Shown in pieces: positions 1 through 8,564 of a DNA stretch of 18,251 nt. Below the pieces are notes generated by a model. It saw only the letters and a program-made list of their open reading frames with translations. It was not told the DNA's origin and did no database searches. This DNA is from Takakia lepidozioides. Taxonomy: Eukaryota; Plantae; Bryophyta. Position numbers and translations under genes: made by a program. Numbering within the stretch: position 1 is the stretch's first letter; each line of letters begins with the position of its first letter. Location: positions 1 to 18,251 of the forward strand of contig JAKLZA010000361.1 of the NCBI GenBank assembly GCA_030704615.1, read 5' to 3'.

Positions 1-231
1 TCACAGCCGACACAGCCAACACAGCCCGTACACAGTCGTCACATGCGTCACAGTCCCAAACACAGCCGACACAGCCACAGCCAGCCCCACAAGCCAGTCA
101 CAGCCCGACACAAGCCCCAACACGTCGTCACAGAGACACAGCCGGACACAGCCGAAAACAGCCGGCACAGACGCCACAGCCCGTCACAGCCGTCACAGTT
201 TCCACAGCCAGTCACAGCTTGACACAGCTGT
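1..231 (+). repeat. CACAGCC-based ~9-10 bp degenerate tandem array in the 5' LTR
   Basis: Units cacagccga/cacagccaa/cacagccgt/cacagccagt are read directly. Confidence 0.9.
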
Positions 232-851
232 CACGATCATAGGGAACGAAGAGTAGGACAGGGAACGACTGTGGGGAACAACACCGCGAAGGGAACATGT
301 TAGTTCACAGACGACGGTTAGTGAGGGAAACGGTTAGAACCGCGGATAGGAAGATAAAGGAGAAACGGGGATGATGGAGGGATATCATTCGGAGGAGGAC
401 TTCTTGGGATAGTGAGGAGAGGGGGATCGGGCAGAGATGAAGAACAGAAGTGAAGTAGAGAGATGATGAGTAGATGCTTGAATATGCAAGGCTTTGAATG
501 ATATTGTAGAGAGAGATTAGAGACACAATGGCTTCGGCCTGATACCTGATAAATCATATCTGATACTTTACGATACAATCACACTGTGTAGAGAGATCTG
601 AGTGAAGCTGTGGAATGAATGGATGAGTGATGGAATCGATGATTGAGAAGCAAACTGATACTTAATTATCAATGGTAAGGTAGCTAACATGAATGCAAAA
701 GGGAAACAAATAGGAAACACCCCATGATACACTAGCTGTAGGTCATGACTGATTGTCTGCGCGGGCTGAGTACTTAGAGATTTCCAACTCTTCTATCTTG
801 GAGTTTCCGCCTCGGATAGCGAAGGGATGGGTGAGTAAAAGCCGCGCGACA
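1..851 (+). repeat. 5' LTR of element A (5'-truncated by the window)
   Basis: Matches 12402-12797 (direct) and 16864-17700 (inverted). Ends in CA (850-851), followed by TT and the TGG of the PBS. Confidence 0.92.
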
Positions 852-1442
852 TTTGGCGACCATACTGGGGACCTGGGACATGAACAACCAGATGTGACAG
901 GCATCTGGTGGGATCATGGTGGTTGGACCATTAAAGAATTTGAAGTGAATCAAATTCCCTGTGGAACGAAGAAGAAGAAAGATGTCCAAACAATTCTTTC
1001 AAAGGTTCTTGGAATTGCCAGACGGGTAAAGAAAATATTTAAACGAGTGCATGATGCTGATCCAGAATGGGGTCTGGGAGAAAGGAGTGATAAAGATTTA
1101 TCAGGTAGCCTGTAGAGGAAGAGCACGTTGGTTACCAACATTGGTTTATGTGATAGCATTGCTATCCATTAAACGAGTAGAGAGTAGAGTTGAAGGCTGG
1201 GAAGAAAGAAAGGTGAATGTTTATACTCATATGCATGAAGAGCTTGTACTGGTAAAGAATTGGATTCCAAAGGATATTTTGTGGATCAAACTCACACCAA
1301 GAACAGCTTTTCAGACTTGTTTGCCATATGGTTATATGGTAACGGAGACTTCAAGTATAGCCAAGGGTGCATTGAAGCTTGAAAGAAACCCAGGCATATA
1401 CGAGAGATATTAAGAAGAGAGTTTTGGTTATTGCCACATTAA
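745..1442 (+). CDS. Extra ORF upstream of gag (ORF0), unknown function, ~230 aa; frameshifted in this copy
   Basis: Fragments 753-1115 and 1051-1413 correspond to the single uninterrupted 231-aa ORF in copy B (16276-16971). The stop lies 21 nt before the gag ATG. Confidence 0.5.
854..871 (+). other. Primer binding site, tRNA-Arg-like
   Basis: TGGCGACCATACTGGGGA lies 2 nt after the LTR end. It resembles the plant tRNA-Arg-type PBS TGGCGACTCCACTGGGGA used by Ogre elements (recalled from knowledge, not searched). Confidence 0.8.
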
Positions 1443-1463
1443 AAGAAATGAAAGACATGGGAC

Positions 1464-3755
1464 ATGAGTGATGAAAGAGAAGCTAGACGACAGAGATATT
1501 CAGCAAAAAGAGAAAGCTATCTGAAAGCTAATTATCCATATCTTTGGGAGAGAGAGAATAGACATAGGGGAATCATCTGGACCTCTCACACCATTAAGAT
1601 CAAAGAGTGCATCACCTATACCGGAAGAACTAGAGTTGGATGCCACTCCTTCTGTTTCTTTGCAAGAAAGATTAAGGAATTGGTACAGGAAGAAGATCAA
1701 TCACGAGGTGAAAGATCTGAGGTACATCCTTGGATAAAAGACTTGACAGAAATCTTTGATAAGAGTTGGCATGGAACACCAAAAGCAGGAACTCCAGTTT
1801 CTGAAGCAGAAGGTGAAGAAGGAGAAGAGGATGTGGCAGAGCCAACGGAGAGTTCAGACTCTCCAACACCATTACAGTTGAGTTACATGAGTGAAGAAGA
1901 AACCCAAGGGCAGAACTTGGAGGATGATGAAAACAGAGAGAAGAAATTGGAAGAGGAAGAATATGAAGAAGTAGACCAACAGCTGAGGTTGAGACTACAA
2001 CCAGGACATCCCAACCCGTTGGACCTGGATCAAGTGGAGCACTTGGATCACAGGCCAACGAAGGTGTCGGCTCAGGGGGATCAGGCGGGCTGCCTGGATC
2101 TGGCTCTGGGGGACAGGGAGGGAGTGTGGGAAGTAGTGCAACTGAAGCTGGGAATACTGTGAATATCGTGGGGCCAGAAGCAGGGAGTGCTCAAGGGCCA
2201 CCACTTGGTGGAAGATCCACCACAAAAACAACAGGTCCAGAAGGACCAGCACCAGCAAGGGTGCCAGCACCTGTCAGTGGGCAGAAGGTAGGGCCACAGA
2301 TGGCGTTACAACCAACACGGGCAAAACCACCCTTTCCAATATATTCAGGAAAAGGGGATCCCGATGTACACATTAGCCAATTTGAGCACATGTGTATAGT
2401 GAACAATGAGAATGGCGATGATGCCAAGATGAGACTGTTTCCTTGTTCACTTATCAAGAAAGCAAGTGAATGGTATGCAAGATTCCCTGATAATCATTTC
2501 CTAACCTGGAATGGCTTGAATACAGCATTTCGAAATAGGTTCAGGACAAGTAAAACTGAGGATGAAGTGTATGGAAGTTTACAACAGCTGAAGCAGAAGA
2601 AGCATGAAACTGTTGAAGAGTATATGGAGAAGATGGAATTGATGATGAAAAAGCTGGCTGCCAGTACCAGCGCCCGGTTTACAGAAGACTTGGTTTGTGA
2701 GTGGACTAAGACCAGAGTTGCAAAAGAAAGTGGATATGTTACCCCATAATACAGTGGAGGAGGCATTTGAAACTGCGAACAGAATTGAGCAATTGGAATC
2801 AGCTCAGGAGAGAGAAAAAAGGAAGATGAGGACTCTGAGATGAGTCAGATGAAGAAGAAGAGCAAGAACTAAAAAGAAAGAGTAAGAGAAAGGAGAAGTT
2901 GAAGAGGGATAACTATGAAAAAAATTGGAAGAAATCTTGAAGAAGTATGCCACAGAGGCTGCAACACATTGGAGGAAGGGTGTATGGTGTGCAAAGTGCC
3001 AGAATGAAGGCCATACCACCACAGAATGCCACATGAAGGAGAAACACTGTACTATCTGTAAAATGGATAACCATTCTACTGAGAATTGTTACTACAACAG
3101 AAGGACAGCTGCAAGAGAACCTAGGCAAGTAAGGGTGCATCAGGTGCAGCCCCAGCCAAGAAGAAACAATGATCAGGACCACTATGGTAGGTCTGGTGGT
3201 TATAACAATGGCATGGAAGGGAGAGGTAATTCAAGAGGGAATTACAAGGAAATTCCAGAGGCAACTATCAGGGTAATCCAGGGGGAATTACCAGCCCGGG
3301 AATCAGGATTATAGAAATAATCCAAGAACAGACCAAGGGCGAGGAGGACCAATGGTGAAGAGCTATGTTACTATTGTAATCAGCCAGGACATCGCAAGGC
3401 AGCCTGTTCATTCTGGATAAGACACCAGAATGAGATGAGAGCTCCTGTGAATGAGGGCCCAGTGGTGGCAGCTCACATGGTTAGGCCATGTGTTGTACCA
3501 GAAGTAAGTACAATGATAGTAACAAGAAGTAAAGCCAAACTAATACCTCCAGTAGAAGAGGAAGAAGATGAGACTGGAAGTGGCAATGATATGCCTGAAG
3601 ATGAAGAGACTGGGAAGATGAGAAGGAACTGCACAAGGAAGTGGCAGATACTATAAGGAAATGCAAAAGAGTACTGATATTCCTGTGGCAGATTCCTCTG
3701 ATTCGGATGGAGAAAAAGAAGGGAGTGAGGAAGAAAGGAAAAAAAAGATGCAGAC
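1464..3755 (+). CDS. gag: Gag portion of the gag-pol polyprotein: acidic/Gly-Ser N-terminal extension, Retrotrans_gag capsid core, three CCHC zinc knuckles
   Basis: FPIYSGKGDPDVHISQF...LFPCSLIKKASEWY...TWNGLNTAFRNRF...LKQKKHETVEEY. Knuckles CAKCQNEGHTTTEC (2988-3029), CTICKMDNHSTENC (3048-3089) and CYYCNQPGHRKAAC (3366-3407). The third knuckle reads in frame into MRAPV. Broken by single-base indels. Confidence 0.9.
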
Positions 3756-4400
3756 ATGCAAAGTAATGAAGAGACTTTGGCTGAAGTAATATGTCAGACC
3801 AAAGCAGAAATTACCATTGGACAGCTATTAGCTGTGGCACCTTATTGTAGGCACAGGCTGTATCAAGCAATCAATCGAATTGCCCAAGAGACAGGAAACA
3901 CAGACCTGAACAGCAAGGTGACCAGTTATAATGTGAAGCCGGAAGGGCGAGAACCAGTCATGGACTTTGATGATTCTATGCCAGTAATCCAATTGAGAAT
4001 TGGAAGCACAGAACTAACTGATGTACTGATAGATGGTGGTTCTGGAGTAAATATCATGACAGACCAATTAAGGAAGAGCTTGGTCTAAGTAACATGAAAC
4101 CAGCCCCATTTACAGTAACAATGGCAGATCAAAGAAGTGTACAGCCATTGGGATTAATAAGAGGAGTTAAGATACAGATACAGAAATGATCTTTATGATC
4201 ACAGTAACTGTATTAAAAATGGATGAAGTCATGGAGGCTTACTCCTTATTATTGGGACGTCCGTGGCTGAAACAGGCCAGGGTATTCCATGACTGGAATT
4301 CTCAGTTACTAACCGTGCATAATGGGATACACGAGATACAAATTACCACAAAGAAATCTAGTAGATTACCTGCTACAAGAAGACCTCGAGGAGTCAGAGA
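3756..4400 (+). CDS. pol: Aspartic protease domain of pol (approximate bounds)
   Basis: VLIDGGSGVNIM (catalytic Asp at 4032) and the C-terminal YSLLLGRPWL motif. Confidence 0.88.
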
Positions 4401-4789
4401 GTATGACTGGAGAGGAGGACTGGATGAGGAGCAGGAAGCTACCCTATTTGCTGCACACCCAGAGTGGGAGCAGGTGCAGAGATGCGGCTGGAAAGCCTAA
4501 GTTGTTTGAGAGGTATCTGCTGTGGTGTAGTGACAGCAACACCAACTGAAGAAGAAACCAGCATTTACCCATCACATTTCTATGAAGAAAGAGAAGGAGA
4601 AATAGAAATCCTAGAAGAACCAGCCACTGTGAGCTTACAGGATGAAGTGGTGACTGGTTGGACAATCACAGCTGATGATGAGCAGGTGAGAGAAGTAAAT
4701 GTGGAACTAAAGAGGAACGAGGATGTGAAAGTAGGAGCTGATTTGGAGCCGGAATTCTTCGAAGAAGCTAAAAGCTTGTTCATCAAATA

Positions 4790-5640
4790 CAGAGATGTAT
4801 TTGCTTGGAGCTATGAGGATCTAAAAGGGATACCACCTGAAGTCTGTCAGCATAAGATTGAACTGGAACCAGGGTCAGTACCAATCAAGCAGGCGAGGTA
4901 TAGAATGAATCCCAACTACGCACAGAAGGTTGGAGAGAGAGATAAAGAAGTTGGCTGAGGCTAAGTTTATATACCCAATAGAGTATACAACTTGGTTGTC
5001 ACCCATTGTTATAGTTCCCAAGAAGAATGGCAAACTAAGAGTATGTGTGAACTATAAGAAGCTGAATGCTTGTACGAAGAAAGATCCTTTCCCTTTGCCA
5101 TTCACAGAAGCAGTATTAGACACTGTGGCAGGCCATGAGATGTACTCATTCATGGATGGCTTCAGTGGTTATAATCAAGTGCAAGTGGCAGAAGAAGACC
5201 AAGGGAAAACAGCTTTCATCACAGACTGGGGGGCTTATGCATACAAAGTCATGCCCTTTGGACTTTGTAATGCACCAGCGACCTTTCAGAGAGTGATAAG
5301 TGAATCTTTTCATGAGTATCTGGATGATTTCATGCAGGTATTTTGGATGATTTCAGTGTGTACAGCTCTAAGAATGAGCACTTGCATAAATTGGAGTTAT
5401 GCCTGGCCAGATGCAGGATGAGAGGTCTGGGCCTGAATCCAGAGAAGTGTACTTTCTGTGTGAACTCAGGGGTGCTTCTGGGACACATTGTGTGTAAGAA
5501 GGGACTCTTGTGGATCCCAGAAAGACAGAGTCCATTAAAGCCTCTCCACCACCAGTGAATGTTAAAGTCTAAGGAGATTCCTTGGGCAAACCAGTTATTA
5601 CAGAAGATTTGTCAAAAGGTATGCACAAATAGCAGCACCA
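4790..5640 (+). CDS. pol: Reverse transcriptase domain of pol (approximate bounds, frameshifted)
   Basis: YRDVFAWSYEDLKG, WLSPIVIVPKKNGKLRVCVNYKKLN, DPFPLP, FMDGFSGYNQV, YKVMPFGLCNAPATFQR, DDFSVYS, LNPEKC, LLGHIV. Confidence 0.95.
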
Positions 5641-6190
5641 TTGAGCAAGCTTCTGAAGAAAGATGCAGTGTTTGCCTGGACAGCTGAATGTCAACAGGCG
5701 TTTGAGGAACTTACACTGTCAGTAACAACTACACCTGTGCTGATTAACCCTCACTGGCATGTAGTATTTCATGTTCACTGCGATGCATCAGGAGAAGCGT
5801 TGGGAGCGGTGTTAGCCCAGAATGTTACAGGGAATATAGATTCACCTGTGTACTATGCTAGCCGGTTGATGAACAGTGCTGAGAGGAACTATAGCACAAC
5901 GGAAAGAGAAGCATTGGCAATGATCTATGCAGTGAAGAAATTCAGGCATTACCTGTTGAGGCAAGAGTTTATGTTCTATGTGGATCACCAGGCTCTGATA
6001 TATCTGGTGAACAAACCTTTGATAAGTGGAAGGATAGCGAGGTGGTTAATAATCTTGCATGAGTTTGAGTTCGAGGTTATTTACAAGCCTGGCCGTTTGC
6101 ATCTTGTGGCAGATCATTTGTCACGACTAACAACAGGAGAGGCCGCCACAGGAGTGGACGATCAGTTACCTGATGCGAGTTTATTTGTAA
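5641..6190 (+). CDS. pol: RT connection and RNase H domain of pol
   Basis: CDASGEALGAVLAQ, YYASR, NYSTTEREALAMIYAVKKFRHYL, DHQAL, ADHLSRL. Confidence 0.93.
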
Positions 6191-6326
6191 TGGAGGTGCA
6201 AGGAAGTGCAGATGAATGGTTAGATTGGCAGTGGCCAATCAGATACTACCTTGCTCATGGTCAGTGCCCACCTAGTTATGGTAAGGAGCAGAGGAAGAGA
6301 ATCGCTATCAAAGCTTTACCTATACT

Positions 6327-7730
6327 ATGGTAGGAAGCAGAATGTATAAGTTAGGACCTGATGGAGTACTAAAACGATGCTTGTACCACCATGAAGTAAA
6401 TAAAGTTTTGGCGGAGGAAGTTCATAAAGGAGTGGCTGGAGGTCATTTTGGAGAAGAGACTACCAGTAGAAAGATACTACTCGCAGGATACTGGTGGCCT
6501 ACTTTGTTCAAAGATGTACACGAGTATTGTCAGAAGTGTGATGAATGTCAGAGGCTAGGACCTTTGCAGAGATCTGGAAGGATGGCCTTGCATCCTACAA
6601 TGCCTACGGAACCATTTCAGAAATGGGGACTAGACTTTGTTGGACCAATTAACCCACCATCCAAGAATACACGAAACAGGTACATAATTACAGCCACTGA
6701 TTATACTACAAAGTGGGTGGAAGCTAAAGCTTTGAGGGACAACACAGCCAAGTCCACAGCAAGGTTCCTGTACGAGAACATACTTACACGATTTGGCTGT
6801 CCCTTAGAATTTATCAGTGATCAAGGAAGTCACTTCATGAATGAGACCATTGAGTTGTTGACTAAAGAGTTTATGATTGTGCATAGAAAGAGTACAACAT
6901 ATTACCCACAGGGTAATGGGCAGGCAGAGGCTACCAACAAAATACTATGTACTATCTTGGCTAAGATAGTCAATGCAAACAGAACGGATTGGGATACAAA
7001 GCTGCTGACAGCTTTGTGGTCATACAGGACTTCATATAAAGTCACCACTAAGTATACACCATTCCAATTAGTTTATGGTATGGAAGCCTTACTTCCAGTG
7101 GAATTCCTGTTACCTACCATGAGAACGGAGTGGGGAAAAAGAATGGAATTGCAAGACTCCATCAAGGTCAGGAAACATGAATTATACCATGTGGAAGAAG
7201 TACGTGCTGATGCAGCTGATAATATGACCAGAATTCAGATGAAGCGAAAGGAACAGTTTGATGAAGGCAAGTTAAAGACTTTTAAGACGGGGGATTTGGT
7301 TCTATGGTTGCAGAAGAAAGGAAAGATTCAAGCTTCTAAGCTTAAATCACCATGGAAAGGACCTTATGTCATACAAAAGATGTATGATAACAACACCGCC
7401 ATGTTACAAACCATTAACAAAGAAATGCTGGGAAGAGTCAATGCAAATAAGTTGAAGGGGTACAGTGGTATCCATGACAAACCCCTGCAGCATGATTTGC
7501 ATGTTGAACCGCAAGAGCAGTCACGGGCTGCACCAGTGTTACGAACGGAGTATGGAACACTTGTCGCTAGGCCCAGCATATATGACCAGGGTGGGCAAAA
7601 CAAACGTGACACAGCCTATCACAGCCCATCAAGGCCAAGCACAGCCTATCACAGCCCATCACGACGTGACACAGCCTATCACAGCCCAGCACGGCGCAAA
7701 CACAGCCTATCACAGCCCATCACGACGTGA
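6327..7730 (+). CDS. pol: Integrase (HHCC, DDE core, GPY/F), with a C-terminal tail reading into the tandem array
   Basis: HKGVAGGH...CDEC; WGLDFVG, ISDQGSHF, GQAEATN; WKGPYVI; tail repeats of TAYHSP. Confidence 0.95.
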   Translation: MVGSRMYKLGPDGVLKRCLYHHEVNKVLAEEVHKGVAGGHFGEETTSRKILLAGYWWPTLFKDVHEYCQKCDECQRLGPLQRSGRMALHPTMPTEPFQKWGLDFVGPINPPSKNTRNRYIITATDYTTKWVEAKALRDNTAKSTARFLYENILTRFGCPLEFISDQGSHFMNETIELLTKEFMIVHRKSTTYYPQGNGQAEATNKILCTILAKIVNANRTDWDTKLLTALWSYRTSYKVTTKYTPFQLVYGMEALLPVEFLLPTMRTEWGKRMELQDSIKVRKHELYHVEEVRADAADNMTRIQMKRKEQFDEGKLKTFKTGDLVLWLQKKGKIQASKLKSPWKGPYVIQKMYDNNTAMLQTINKEMLGRVNANKLKGYSGIHDKPLQHDLHVEPQEQSRAAPVLRTEYGTLVARPSIYDQGGQNKRDTAYHSPSRPSTAYHSPSRRDTAYHSPARRKHSLSQPITT

Positions 7731-7880
7731 CACAGCCTATCACAGCCCAGCAAGGCGCAACACAGCCTATCACAACCTACCACAGCGTGTCACAGCCTAT
7801 CACAGCTTACCACAGTGCATCACAGCCTATCACAGCGTAACACAGTATGACACAGCCTGTCACAGCTCAACACAGCCTAC
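7608..7880 (+). repeat. Internal tandem array: 10-bp cacagcctat units in a ~30-bp higher-order period
   Basis: Repeated gacacagcctatcacagcccatcacgacgt-type units. Confidence 0.92.
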
Positions 7881-7944
7881 TAAAGTTACACGATCCATAG
7901 AATCAGTGACAAGTGGACACATAATAACTTCAGGAAATGGCTGA

Positions 7945-8345
7945 AGGAAGAAGAAACGGAAATTACTTTAAAAATAGACACGTGGAGGTCAGGGCGCGAC
8001 ACACAGCCGAGAATGAAGTGCAAGGACAGGTGTCAAAAAGAAAGAGGACAAGAACGGCCGTCAAAAGGGATGAAAGGCGGGCCCATTAATGATACGGAAA
8101 AAGGGAAACGGAACGAACGGCAAGTACAGAAAAGCCGAATTCTTGTCACATGTGTGATCCTAGTGGACTATCCAACAGGGAAAGTCCACTAAAGAAGATA
8201 AAATCTAAAATCCAGTCACAGCGGATACAGCCAATAGAAAACCAGAGAAAGGATCAAGAAAATGGAGGGAAATTGAGCGCAAGAGGCGGCGTCGTTCTGA
8301 GTAACGGGCGTCTCGACAGGACAGACCATCAATGCTATAACTTGG
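7945..8345 (+). promoter_or_regulatory. Possible internal promoter for the 3' ORF
   Basis: ACACGTGG (G-box/ABRE, 7978-7985), GGCCCATTA (site II/UP1, 8080-8088), AGCCAATAG (CCAAT, 8229-8237) and CTATAA (8335-8340). These are short motifs, so chance matches are possible. Confidence 0.3.
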
Positions 8346-8564
8346 AAACTATGGAGGAACTAACAGACTATACGCTCGCAATATTACTTACGCAGTGGCA
8401 TAGACACGAAAGGACAGAGCGGAGCTTTTCTCTTGAGCGATGCTTGCAAGCCCCGCAGGCTTACAAGAATTACCCATAGCTTTCTGCGGCAACCATACGT
8501 TTATGCTTTGTGCACTACAGGCATTCCTGCAGTTGTTACAGCCAAACAGTTCTGTGAGTCTAAA

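Noticed and set aside
530-551. Minus-strand GGTATCAGGCC resembling a tRNA-iMet PBS
   Set aside because: Lacks the initial TGG, is only a partial match, and lies inside the LTR rather than next to a terminus.
4032-4040. Protease active site DGG instead of DTG/DSG as an inactivating change
   Set aside because: Present in both copies, and DGG-type sites are known in plant non-chromovirus Gypsy proteases.
3400-4100. Programmed gag-pol frameshift or stop read-through
   Set aside because: The frame breaks are not shared between A and B, and the third knuckle reads in frame onward. Read errors explain them better.
6190-7600. Additional archaeal-type RNase H (Tat/Ogre) or a chromodomain
   Set aside because: There is no room or motif between ADHLSRL and the integrase HHCC, and no chromodomain pattern after GPY/F.
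7608-7880. CRISPR-like array (also considered for the LTR arrays)
   Set aside because: Contiguous degenerate 9-10 bp units with no unique spacers, no cas genes, and a eukaryotic retroelement context.
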